The notes beneath the pieces were generated by a model. It was not told where the DNA came from. It ran no database searches and was given only the letters and a program-made list of their open reading frames with translations. DNA of 64,000 bases from NCBI GenBank assembly GCA_027604505.1, contig JADIIX010000001.1:1-64000 (forward strand), written 5' to 3'. Positions 35,771 to 48,755 of the stretch are shown here, one piece after another. Position numbers and translations under genes: made by a program. Origin of the DNA: Gonapodya sp. JEL0774 (Eukaryota). Every line of letters starts with the position of its first letter. The stretch's first letter is position 1.

Positions 35771-38050
35771 ATGTCTTTTATCTATCAAAACTACAAGAAC
35801 ACTGCTGCCACAATCGCGAGCGGCAAGGATGCTCCAGTGGACGGCGCGTTCATTATCGCCCGTGCGCTAGCGATGCAGGGAATTGACACAGTTTTCGGGA
35901 TTGTTGGTTTCCCCGTTATGGAGATTGCGGAGGCAATGATTGCAAACGGCATTCGCTACGTTGGAATGCGCAATGGTGGGCAACAGTTTCGGAAGATGCG
36001 AGTTCGGAAGCTATCTGGTACTGACGGCCATTACCATAGAGCAAGCTGCGTCGTACGCCGCTCAAGCCTACGGATACCTGAAAGGAGTTCCTGGTGTTTG
36101 CTTGGTGGTTTCTGGGCCAGGTGTCATTCATGGTGTGTTCTCTGAAACATTGATGCTTCGGGAGTCGCAGCACTCATCTGTTCTTGCCCACCAAGCACTC
36201 GCGGGCCTCTCCAATGCCAAGGAGAACGCATGGCCTCTTATTGTCATTGGGGGTGCTCAAGAAGCACGACAAGAACAAATGGGAGGGTTTCAGGAGTACC
36301 CACAAGTTGAGGCTGCCCGGCAGTATTGCAAGTTCTCAGCTCGACCCCCGAGCTTGGAGCGAATTCCCTTCTTTGTGGAGAAAGCCGTGAGAGCTACTAT
36401 TTACGGCCGACCTGGGGCTGCCTACATTGACATGGTGAGAGCGAACGGGTCGGACGACACTTGCTGGAGCATTAACATTATGATATACACGACGTGCTAG
36501 CCTTCAGACACCATCTTGGATCAGACAGTGAACTCGAAGGTTCAATGGCGTCCCCATCACCCGCCGACGCCTGTATCCCTTGCGGACCCTTCTGCCGTCG
36601 CTGTCGCTGTTCAACTTCTGAAGTCAGCTGCTCGTCCGCTCATTATTGTCGGCAAGGGTGCTGGCTGGGCGCGTGCCGAAAAGGAAACAAAGGATCTCGT
36701 GGAGAGTACCGGCATACCCTTTCTTCCTTCACCCATGGGTAAAGGAGTGGTCGACGACACCCACCCGCAGAATGTTATTCCAGCACGGAGTGATGCGTTG
36801 AAGGGTGCCGATGTGGTAGTGCTTGTGGGAGCGAGGTTCAACTGGATCATGCACTTTGGTCAGTTGCTCGTCACCACTTCGCTTCGTTCTGTGATGATCC
36901 CCAAGTTTCAATCCAAACAGGAACACCTCCGAGATACGCCAAAGACATCAAGGTCATTCAGATTGATATCGAAGCAGAGGAAATGAGTGTGTAATTCTGT
37001 TAACACTTGCGAACTTGATCACCGTCCAACATTCCCACATCACGTCAAAACCTGAAAGGCAACAACGTCCCTGCCGCTGCAGCACTGCTAGGTCACCTCC
37101 CCTTGGTTCTCGAACAACTCACTGCTGCTGCCAAGCAGGCCGGTGTTCGCCACAAATCGGACTCCCCGTGGTGGCAGCAGCTTCGGGCGAAATCTGCCAA
37201 GAATATTCAAGTTAGTGAACAACTCATGGCGGACGAGACACTGCCGATGAGCTATTACAGAGTATTCAAGGAGATCAAGAAGAACATGCCTGCGAACGCA
37301 TTCTTCGTGAGCGAGGGGAGCAACACAATGGTTTGTGATCTGTTCTCCCTTGAATCAGAGGCGATCATGGTTTAAAACCACATATTTTTTTCTTCAGGAT
37401 ATCGCCCGAACGATTTTCGATCAAACTGCCCCTCGAACCCGTCTCGATGCTGGAACTTTTGGAACCATGGGTGTGGGGAGCGGTTACGCAATCGCAGCCG
37501 CATTGGCGCGTCCCGACTTACGCACTGTGATTGTACAGGGTGACAGTGCGTTTGGATTCAGTGGAATGGAGATCGAGACGATTGCACGATTGAGGTTGCC
37601 GATTGTTTGGGTGATCATGTGAGTAACGGTCTGTTCGCGAACAACGTGCCATGTGCTTTCATTAATGATGGGTTGGTTTTTCTTGCAGCAACAATAACGG
37701 TATTGGATTTGGAGTAGACAGTAAGAATTTTGACCAGCTATCCGACAAAAAGATCCTGCCTTCGCACGCTTTGGCACCGGAGGTGAATTATGAGAAGGTA
37801 GGATTCGAAGTGACAAAATCACTGCCTTTAGCCGATTCAATGATTCTTCCGCACTCTCTAGTTTGCCGAAGCGGTGGGAGGCACTGGATACTTATGCCGC
37901 ACTCCCGCTGAGGTCACGAAAGCGATGCAAGCCGCTCTTAAATCAGACAAAGTGTCCATTATCAATGTGCTCATCAACACAACCGGCCAGAGGAAAGCGC
38001 AGAGTTTCAATTGGCTTGAACGAAAGGCGCCAGACACGCCAAAATTGTGA
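35771..38050 (+). CDS. HACL1: 2-hydroxyacyl-CoA lyase / oxalyl-CoA decarboxylase-like ThDP enzyme, probably peroxisomal
   Basis: [73 protein letters not shown] and ThDP motif [11 protein letters not shown]...INNNG; C-terminal -PKL*. Confidence 0.93.
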
Positions 38051-39174
38051 GGAAGTGTACCGTAGTGACCACACAAAATATCAGTGGGTCAAAGAAATAT
38101 GTCGTGGCAAATTTCCATTTGTCTGTTCGTCGGGTGTCTGCTCGCTTGTGATCGCCCGCTTTTGAGAAGGGCATGTGGTCACAGTTGCACAAGTCCGCTG
38201 TGAGAATTCGTGCTCACAAAACTGGACATAATACGTTCCACGACGCTCAGCTTAAGCTCTTCTTTTGGACATCAGTTCTGCTCCATCTCCGCACCAATAT
38301 TCCTTTGGCGAATATCATTCATCTTCATTCCAAGCGTATTGCTCTTCTTACTTCTCCGCTCTTGCTACCTTTACCTTGCCTCAAACTTGTCGTGGAGGCT
38401 GAAAGTAATAGAGGCAAAGTTTCAATGAAGTAATATCTGTGACGCAAGTTCAATGGACACATCAAAGAGTAGGATCGCAATCACTTCTCATTTGGTGATT
38501 AACTCTGAATGTGACGTTTTCAAGAAACAACATTGGGTAGAGCAAAGAAGAACCCGCCTGTTCGGGAAAAATCCCCCAACTGAGGCCATCGCAGCCACCA
38601 AAGACCTTCCATATACGGTGTGTTTGGCGTTTTGGCGTTTTACAGGGGCTCCCTGCTGTCAGTCGCCGATGTCTTCCGTCATTGCTAGGCGATTGCATTA
38701 ATTCAAAGTTAAGGGTACTTGCTGTATGTCACAAATACACAAGCACTTGTAGATTAATGCCAGACTTTCAGTGAGATCTTTACAAAGCTCTTTAGCGACT
38801 GCTTCTGGATCCTCTCCCTTCGTGTAATTAGTGCAGACACACTAAAATAAGATCTCAAGTACACGAGAAGAAGCTAAGAAGACACTATGGTACTATAAGA
38901 TCACGCTTTGCTGAAGACGTCCACAGATGATGAATGGCGCTCAGTGATTTGAAGACTTTGTCGGGGAACACGTGGACCTGACGTGACTAGGAAGGACGGT
39001 GATAAAAAGAGGATCTGCGAGCGGAATGAGACTTCGCAGATGCTCACGAACGATATCCTCTTATTTACATGAGTTTGTCGCGCTGCGCGGGCCACCTAAT
39101 TATTTATTTGCAGCGTTCACTAGGTCACAATTCTCTCCGCACACGTTATGTGGTTTGTGTGAACGAAGAAGCGA

Positions 39175-42100
39175 ATGCCACCACGCGGACGGAAACCCAA
39201 TCATGGAAGGCGAAGGAATGCAGCATCAAAGGGCCGTCCCTGGACTGAAGTTAATGGTGGAGAAAGCGCAAGTCACGATGCCAACGGAGATAATGGTTCT
39301 CAAAAAGACACGTCCCCACATGAATCCATAACTGTGTCTGGTTCCGAATCTGGCATCGAATGCAGTAGTACTATACCGAGTAGCTATCGCTCCCACCAAT
39401 CAGGTCTGGAGCATTCCGAAGACAGACCAGAGCACATACCTTCAAAAGTCCAACTTGACCAGAACTTCGATTCATACCACCGTGACCGCATCGTTGACGA
39501 AGAAGAAACCGACGAAAGTGCTGTGGGTGGAGATGCCTTCGCAGAGCCGCCGGTATCTTCTCTCAGAGAAGAATCCATGAACTCACCACATTTGATCTCC
39601 AATGGACCCCGGGGTTTCATGGATGAAGATGACAACCGCATTGATGAAGATGAAAATCTCACCGATGATGACGTCCCGCCTGCTGGAGATGGAAGTCAAG
39701 GATTATCACCAGTGATCAGAGACACGGTTGGATTCTTTGTCCACCAAGCTGAATCCCCGCGCGTGAGTAGAATGAAAAGACTGAGCAAACCGGAATCTGC
39801 CGGACATGTTTTGACATGTCTGTTGGATATAGACCGGAAATCACCTCCTTCCCTCTACCACGACTGATGGCCATCCAGTTGCACCGGCATTCACAAATCG
39901 CCCCACTGACCCAGCCATGGCGATTTTGGGCCGCATACTTGCCCAAACGTCACGTAAAAGAAACTTGCCGAAGTCGCCGGATGCAACCTCCTCCTCCATC
40001 ACGTTTGGACGATGGGATGTGCGCAGGCATTCACGTGGGCTGGAGAGGCTGTTGAGCAATGGCGGAAACGACGATATCTCATTATCGAAGTCTGACTTGA
40101 CATCAACGGAGGATCGTCTGGATATCGAAGGAGTCGATAATGGCGAAACGATACCCGTCTCCGACAAAACCAAAATGGTGGTCTCCACATCATCCGGGTC
40201 TCCAAACACTTCGTCACTGCAACCTGCTTTAGATCCGACGCTCAGTCCATGTCGAGGAGAAAGCCCTGCTAATCAGGAACTTTTTGCTCCTAACAATTCG
40301 CAAGACGGTTTGCGATCGTTCAATTCCCTGTCCACTGCCGAGAGTGATGGGGATCAACACTCATCGGCCCCATCGTTGATATCCTCTCCTCTATGGTCGC
40401 ATCGATCAATCGCGCCCACTGCCGGCCCAGCCCTCCCACACCGGCCGGCAGACTTGATCACATATTTACTTACGTGCTCCACTGGTGACCTTCAGGTCGT
40501 ATTGAAGACATGTGGTCCAGCCATCTTCTATCACCCCCCGATTCCCTCAGACCCACTGGACCGCGCCAGTCCCCAGACAATGCCTTGGACAGCGCTTCTC
40601 GTTCTCGCTGCGGGTGGGAGAGCGGTTCACGCAGCCCGCTTTGCTCGAAGACCCGACGTTAACACAATGGTTGCCGCTGCGCTGGCGAACCCTCGTGTGT
40701 GTGCGGATGCCGCTGCAAGGGCGGGTGTAAGCGCGGTGCTGGCAAGTTGGGCTAGAAAAATGGAAAAGGATACCCGGAGGCAGGTAGCGCGGTGGAAGCG
40801 GGATGCCGAGAGATCGAGAGACGAAGCTAAAAGGGCAAGGGGCGAAAAAGCGAAGGTGTTGGAGGACCGGGAGAAGATGGGAGAAGTTTGGAAGCATGTC
40901 GAGGAGGGTATCGCTGCGTTGAAGGATACGCAGGTGAATATCCAGAGAGAGGTGGAGGCCCGTATGTCAGCGCGGGAGAGGGACGCTCAAATACACCTGC
41001 AAGAGACGCAGACGAAACTTCGAGATGCTGTGACAAGGATTGAGGATGTAATGGGGGAAGGGGCAAGGCGTGTGATCGAGCTGGAGCGATTGTTAGAAGA
41101 AGCACGCGACGATAAGGCGCGCTTGCAAATGGAAGTGGAAACGGCAAGGGCGGATTCCATACAAGCAAATAGCAAAGTTGCCGCTGCTATAGTGAAGACA
41201 GAGTTGCTCAGACAGGATCTGATGGACGCAAGGGCTGAGGCTGGCAGAGCGAGGAAGGCCGGAGAGCAGGATGCAAAAGAAGTGAAACTTAAGATGGAGA
41301 ATTTGCTTAAGCTGGGGGATGCACAAATTTCGATGCTTAGAAAGCAGCGGGATGCAGAAATGGAGAGCGCCGGAGCTGAAGTGAAGAAGCTGGAGCAGTT
41401 GATAAAAGAAATGACAGTTGAGAGCGAGTGCGCTAAAAGAAAACTTGAAGAAAAAGTGAATGAAGTCATCGCCGGAAAGAAGGAGCAAGACCTTCTGCGA
41501 GGTGATCTCGCAAAGATGGAAGAAGACCGAGATCGTTGGGCCGAGCAGGCTCAAACGGTATGGTCCCGATGTGCTCGATGGGAAAACATTGCAGCGGACC
41601 TCTGGAAGAGCAGAACAACCTTTGAGGACAAGTCGATTCAAACACACATAACGGCTGGGGAGTCCGTAAATTCTCAGCACGCTTTGTGGTCATCTTCTTC
41701 AACACTCGATCTCGATGGCACTTCATGCATGTTGTCACAGCTAGAAGAAGCGAGTGAGACTCTTCAACGTCTTTTCGAGGTTTCAGAATGTGACAGGGAA
41801 CTAGTGGATGAACCTACTGGAAACAGATATGGACCAAAAAATGCTGGGCAGGTGGATCCAGAAGACGACTACGCTATCAGAAGTGGTCTTCCTAGGAGCG
41901 CCAGTCAAAGAAATCGCTCAGCGGAGTTCGTTCCGGAGGGCAGCAAACAAATGTATGATGAGGAAGCAGCCGATTATTGTCTTCTCGATGAAATACCAGA
42001 ACCGAGGCTTGAACAGCGCAAGAATGAAAAGAACACTTGTACTACTCGTTACACATTGGCACTACTCGAGCAACAACTTACTGACGCCACATCCCGCTCA

Positions 42101-42868
42101 CAAGAAACGATGAATAAAGCTCACGTCATTCGTGACTTTCTTGACACTCTGATACGGCAACTCACTATCGCAACAGAACGAGCGGCCCTCCTCGATGTTG
42201 AGCTTGCTTGCTCAAACGCTCGTGAATCCAATCTTATTGCCACAATGAAAACCTTTGACAATAATTCTAACCAAGTGGACGGAAGCTCTCTACCGCATTG
42301 CCATAACCCGTTGGACAGTCAGCTTCGTGAGGTGAGCAAAAGCATTGAGCGACTAAATTCCAGCGAGAGCCATATTGAAGAGCTGAGAGGAACGAGGGCA
42401 AGAGATAATATTGCGAAGCTTGTTGATAGAAACACCGAGCAGGGGGGCGAGGGATCAGGGGAGGATCAGGTTTGTCCGAGTTCAGCCACTTCCGACACCG
42501 ACAGCCACAACTTGTTCCCTGAAGTTCAAAATGGAATTCGAAAAGTGGGAACCTTATTTACTTTCGGAATGAGCGCAAAAACTTTGGTGCAAGAACTTGC
42601 GCACAGTTGCTATCCAACCCTTGAACGGGTTGATTCACCGAAGGACGATTCCTTGGTTCTCTGTTCTCGCGAGCCAGAAGACTTCTCGCCGAGTATGGAT
42701 CCATCTGATATGCTTGGGGTGGATAGTAAAGAACGTTTTTGTGGGTCGACTGATAGAGACATTTGGACGGGCAGTTCAATCATCTATTTGGCGATAGGTT
42801 TAGTTTTACTGGTGGTGATGATTGCGTGTCATTCAGGTTGGCTCTCAAATCAACAATTTAAAATTTGA
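39175..42868 (+). CDS. Large coiled-coil, tail-anchored protein (intron 39763-39832)
   Basis: 230-aa and 983-aa ORFs join in phase 0; long E/K/R/A heptad region; C-terminal TM IIYLAIGLVLLVVMIA followed by a short tail. Confidence 0.8.
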
Positions 42869-43085
42869 GTTGGTCTTTGAAGGAATCACAGCCCATCGGT
42901 TGGTGGATAGAGTACACCACTAATCCAATTTGCCGGGCAAGCGTGCACCCAACCTCCACCCATCTCGTTTGTTCTCAGCTCCTCAACCTTACAGAACCTC
43001 CTAAACGGAACGTCTCGGACACAAAGAGGAAGGACGTGGAGTGCGACAAGCCGGCACCAATCGGAGGGCTCTGGGGCTCAAGCTG

Positions 43086-46000
43086 ATGTCAATATTTCTC
43101 TCAAGCTGGAATGTTTTGATCTGCTTGTCTATATTTTTATGTCTTGCGATTTTAGCGATGGCGGCCGTGGAAGGGGCAGTAGAAGGTGGGTTGTGGTGGG
43201 AAAAGTTCCAGGAGGCAGAAACTTCCGTCTTGAGTGCAATCCACCTCTCTGTCGACTCGAATGTTACAAAATACGTCACGATTCACTCACTTCGTGATTT
43301 TGGCACCCCATTTTGCTTCTTGAACTCATCCAGATCACGTCGAGAAACCTGGAATTTCTGCTGGGAAGCAATTGAGACTGCCCAAGCATTTTGACTGGGA
43401 GTCGTCCCCTCTGTATGAACGCAGAGTACAACCATGTATAGGGGAGCTCGCGCCGTGTGGAGAATGGTGCATGCCGAGGGGTGGTCAATGTTGCACCGCA
43501 TCTGGAAACTGGTGGTGAGACATCGCAATGAAACATTTCACTGTTCGGGCAAGTTTTGGTATTTGATCAATCGAATAGGTGTCCGCCTGATACGCAGTGC
43601 ACTTCCAATGGGTGCTCTGGGTGTACCTCAACTTGCGAAGGGAGATGTGAAACGTAAGGACGGATCGTGTACCTCACCAATGTGAACTGTAGCCTGATCT
43701 AAAGCTATGCTTCACATATGCAGACAATCGGGATTTCTGGTATCATATTTGGATTGTGGTAGAGTGAGCAATCAATCAATCCAATGAGCGACAATGTCAG
43801 AATTCTAATTTCTTTGATGCGTTACTTAGTGTGGTAATCAGTGGTGAGGGTCAGATGATGATAGAGCGTACTGGAAGTATCAAACTTTGTGCTTTCTTTT
43901 GCAGCTGGGATCCTCCGAACGGGGCTGGCTACTGCGCCTTGGGTGTCTGCAATTTTGGTGAGTTATGCAGAATATGCGTTCAGCGGAGCTACCGACCCTC
44001 AAACACTGAATGAATCTCTGGGCAGCTTGTGATGACGGTTTTTCTTACAACGGCACGGCTTGCGTGAGGGGTCTGTACTATTCGTCAACAATCACTTGTG
44101 AGTGAGTCCGATAGAACGTCTCAAGCGCGCCTGTGATTTGCATTCCTCCTTCTCATTCTTCAGCTGACTTGGTGACGAAGATTGGCTCTCCTGCCGCGAC
44201 AGCCACATTATCGGTCGGTGTAGGACTTGAATTTAACTCACCTACTGGAGCCGCGAATAACAATACACAGTGAGTTAACCTTGAAACAAGACACTTGAAC
44301 CCACAACGCTCAACGCTGTCTCATATGTACATATTCAGAGATACTTCTTGGTCCAACTCCTTCCCCGTTGCGGCAGTTTCGGGAGGCCTTGCTGGTGCTG
44401 TTGTAATACTTTGCGGAACTCTCCTTTGTGTCTGGTCAATACGTCGCCGCAAAGGAAAAGTAAAAACTCCAGAGTTGGCACTGCTTCCAATTGCTGTCAT
44501 TGATGCTGACCCGCGAAAGTCGGAGATTGATTCAAATGATCGGCATTCACTGGTAGATTTATCGGCTTTAGAAGACGCTGATGCTGAGGGAATAGCTGGC
44601 GAAGACTCCAAGTCCGAATCAACGTGAGTGAGCCCCTCGTGGAACTACTAGTATCCTGTCGTCTGGGTTCCTGCGTCGGTTCTGGTTGTGATGCCCGCAA
44701 ATGTCTAACCAGAGCCTTTGCCTAAAGCAACGCGCGAACCTTGTCTTCCTCTGCGACATTTGTATACACTGCAACCAAGCACAATCGAGATAACAGTGCA
44801 CCACAATCAGATCTGGTGAGCCGGACAGCAAGCCAGTCAAGTACCGGGACATCTCTTCCTTCATGGGGTAGAATGTTGGGAGAGGCTGGCCGGTCTTCCT
44901 CAATCGCTCTGAGCAGTGTCACTGTAGGGAGATTGTCGAGGGACACGACGCGCAGAGAGGGTGTCTTCAGAGCGTTGTCGTCGAAGACCACCAATACGAC
45001 GACCACAACTGTGACCACTGCGAGAGTTTCTATTGACAGCGGAGTGAGTACTTGCTAGTAGCGGTGATCCAAGTTACGCAGCATAGTGACTGAAATAGTT
45101 TCGCCCTGTCATACTTGTTGCCGAAAAGGTGCATGTAAGTATCAAAGAGCTCCAGGTCTCTCAATCCAATCTCACCGAGTCCGCTCTGATATGTTCCATT
45201 CGCCGCTTTTCGCATCAGTGGCTGTACAGCCGGATAGCTAACCCAAAAATGAAATCGGAAAAACAATTTGTTGAGTACTCGGGACCACCTCTCATTGCGA
45301 TCGCCAAGGTAGGGATTATATCCAGCACTGCGGTGTTTAAACTCACTTAAAGATTCCTGTTGGACTAGCATGACTCAAAATCTGCAGATGAAGTGTCAGT
45401 CTCTCCAGGAAATATCATCACAATGAGCACGGTGTATAAAGACGGGTGGGGGGTCGGGACAAGTGGGTGACGTCGGTGCGAAGGTTTTGTGTGGTTAGTG
45501 AATTTGAACCACCTTGGTGTTACGTCTTGGAATCTATGGGTATCCTCGCTGGTGGCACTCTAAGACGTGAGCGCTGATATGATTTTTCGGAATGGATTTG
45601 GGTAACAAACTCAATAATTCAATGATCTTCAGCTTGACACCGGCATGCACGGCTTTTTCCCCTTAGATTGCCTCCAATTAACTTCGTTTTTAAGTTCCAA
45701 CGCTGTCACTTCTCCACTCCAGCCTCCCACATCACTGCCAACCCCTACCAGGGTGGAATCCAGTTCCCCGCTCGCCGCCGCCAGACTTGCCGCTGACGCG
45801 CCTCTTCGGTCCCGCCCGACCTTTTCTGCGCACCAGAAAGGTCGCATTAGTCGGCAGAATGATACCAAGCCAGTTTTGAAACCTTACGATTTTCGTACGA
45901 GGGGTGGTTCGTCCTCAAATGCCTCACATTCGGTGCTCGAGCGGATTAGAGGTGAGGCCGATAATGCACATATTTCAATGGTGAGTAACAGGGCATTATT

Positions 46001-46255
46001 ACGTATCAATGAACCTGCTCATTTCCTTAACACCGGATTGCCGATTTCCATGGCCTGCAGCAGCATTCACATCTGCGTGTCCAGATTGTGGGTGTCCCCG
46101 AACAGGTTGTCACTTGGGGTGGAGTGGATGCGCAGACAATTGATGAAGAAACCGTTGGAGCTTCCCCTGCTCCTTCCTCCTCTTCTCAAGACCGACGCAG
46201 CAGTCATGCTGTTGTTAATCAGCGAAGGACGATCCAACGACAAGAGACATGGTAG
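43086..46255 (+). CDS. Receptor-like protein: signal peptide, Cys-rich (STIG1/PriA-like) ectodomain, single TM, cytosolic SH3
   Basis: MSIFLSSWNVLICLSIFLCLAILAMA; DCGRCGNQCWDPPNGAGYCALGVCNFACDDGFSYNGTAC; TM VAAVSGGLAGAVVILCGTLLCVWSI-RRRK; SH3 IAIAKHDSKSADEVSVSPGNIITMSTVYKDGWGVGTNLDTGMHGFFPLDCL, which needs the 2-nt exon at 45565-45566. Confidence 0.75.
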
Positions 46256-46397
46256 AATTAATTCCTTTTGCAGTATATCACACTTATGTATGAACGTGCG
46301 TGTCCCAGTTTTGCATTGTATTAATCATTTTACAGTGAGTTTGTTCGTGGTTGAACTCATGAACGAGTATTTGAATCCACCAAACTCTGCACTCTCA

Positions 46398-48318
46398 ATG
46401 GCGATGTCAAGACCTCACCAACATGGCTCTGTGCAAATAGGAGGTCGCCTTTTTGCCTGCGTTAAGTCGCTTCATGGTCAAGGTTGTTCAGATCCAAAGT
46501 GCTCCAGCTCCCATGATGCGGCTGCTCTCGCGGCGGTTCCACTTTGTCGCTTTACCTTACCTGCGAACGGAAGTGAGCTCCTTCGAGTTTTGACGCCTAT
46601 GAAGTATTCACTGACTTCGGTTGATTTGCAACCTCCACTTCGGCGTGCCTTCACTTGATCTTGAAGCCTGCAATTTTGGAAACTCTTGCTAGTGAGTAAG
46701 AAGAACCGTGAAAGACGCGGAGAGCAAGAGCTCTCTTTTGCCAGGAATGAACTTTTCCGCTCGGTTGCCCAAGCTACGCTCACGGTTCCCCATGCCCATC
46801 CTGCGGCTTGAGAATCCTCCATCCCTTCAAAAGGGATGAGTCCGAGCGTGGGTACAACCTCATCCATGTAAGATTTTGCATTCCTTTCGAAGCGATAAGG
46901 ATTTGTGGTCGTCTAGGTCATTTAAAAACATGCCCCGTCACAACAACATCGTTCGCAACTCGCTCCGATTCGAGCATCTTTGAACCGCATAGACTTCGCG
47001 TCGACGCAACTGAGTTTCTTCCCTCCATTCCTCCTGTCCACGACGATACTTTGTCGCACGGTTTCAAAGGAAAGCAACCCCCCGTGGAGACACAGGCACC
47101 CGCATGCGAACCCAATCCAGATCCGGAACTAATTGAGTGTTCCATTTGCTTTGAGAGTGTGATGCGGCAGGGAAGAATGTTTGGATTGCTCGCCTCGTGC
47201 TCCCATCCGTTCTGCCTTGACTGGTGAGTTTGTTGCTCGACCTGCAATTCGAATCGTACCGTGACACTACCTCAGCATAAGATCTTGGCGGAAAACAAGC
47301 GCGGAAAAGACTGCCATTGATCAGTTGGCTATCCGTTCATGCCCAATCTGTCGTCAAGTCAGCTACTTTCTGGTTCCATCAAAGACGTGGCCAACTACGG
47401 ATACTGCAAAAACCCAGATCTTTGATTCCTACAAAGCTTCTCGCATGCGAATTCCTTGCAAACATTTTGAACGGTCGGGGTTTCGGCGATGCCCATTCGG
47501 CGACGAGTGCTTTTACTCGCATATGGCTCCAGATGGAACAGTGCCAACTTTGGGAGCCGCCCAAGTACGCGTGGATGGCACTCACCGCCGACTTCAGGGC
47601 CGTGCCAACCGTGGCCTCTCAAGAAACGCACCAGATATACTCAGGGGTTTGAGAGAGTACTTGGGTGGCGATTATGAAGGCGACGAGGACTTTTGGTCGC
47701 GGATTCGGAACTCACTGAGAGAGATGAACGATGATGATTTTGATGAGGATGAAGAATATGACGAGGATTACGACGATGATGAAGCAGAGACAGATGAGGA
47801 GGATGAATGGTCCGGGGAGGAAGTTGAAGAAGATCTAGTGAGTCGGATGCACAGAAAACTTTTTGTCCTTGGCGATAGTGCAACGCAGTGTTTTACGTGG
47901 TTGACAGGATGATGAGGATGATGAATACTCAAGTCCAATGTTTCAACCATGGAGGACACATCCCCAAGTTGTACTCAGAAATGCGGTTGCAGGCGAGATA
48001 GAGTCTCTTGATTCTCTGATGCAAGCTCGTGAGTTCCTGACAGAGGCTGGCCTATCGGACGGAGATCCAGACATGCGTGATATTGTCGCGCGCATAAACG
48101 CACTTCGCCTGAACTCGACATCTCCGGCCGTTAACAATCCACGCGAGCCAGAAACTGCAACAGATCCACCCCCCCATGGATTTGTGTCTGCTCGACCGCA
48201 TTCTCAACCCATTTTCGCTACATCACACCGACTTACACTTCCCGCTCCCCTGAATCCTTCCTCTCTGAGAGAGCAAACAGATTCAACATCTGGTGCAAGA
48301 CAGGTTCGTCATTTTTAA
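46398..48318 (+). CDS. MKRN: Makorin-family RING/CCCH E3 ubiquitin ligase
   Basis: CCCH CRFTLPANGTCNFGNSCYYAH; Cys-His motif CPSCGLRILHP..HLKTC; RING CSICFESV..FGLLASCSHPFCLDCIRSWR..CPICR; C-terminal CCCH CKHFERSGFRRCPFGDECFYSH. Confidence 0.92.
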
Positions 48319-48755
48319 CGGGGATCTGGTGGGATATGAGCATAATTGAACATACAGAGGGAGTTTGAAATTCAATCCAGCATTTCGTTTCCCCATATTT
48401 CCTGCCATCGCGCCCGAACGTAAGATAAAGGAGGATTGTTGAGAATACACAAACAGTTTCGAAGCTAAACAGTATATATGGCAGTCCCCCCCGCAAGTTC
48501 AATACATATTGAATAGTGCAAGATAGGGAAAACGAAGAAAACACCATTTCAGGGAAGTCTGCAAGTATCCAATCAGTGGTATACATCTGTCTAAGGAGGA
48601 AGCAAAGAGCTTTTCGAGTTACGTACAGTCGCAAATTGTGGGCGCCCATTCATTCCGCGCATCCATACATCATCTCAGCCGGACACCCCAGTCACAAGCT
48701 GACGGATGCATCCGCTTCTATTAGCTTGATTTTGTCCACCCAGATTCTCACACCG

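Noticed and set aside
45645..46658. 337-aa ORF as a single gene
   Set aside because: It is a chance fusion of the last SH3-gene exons, an intron, intergenic DNA and the first makorin exon
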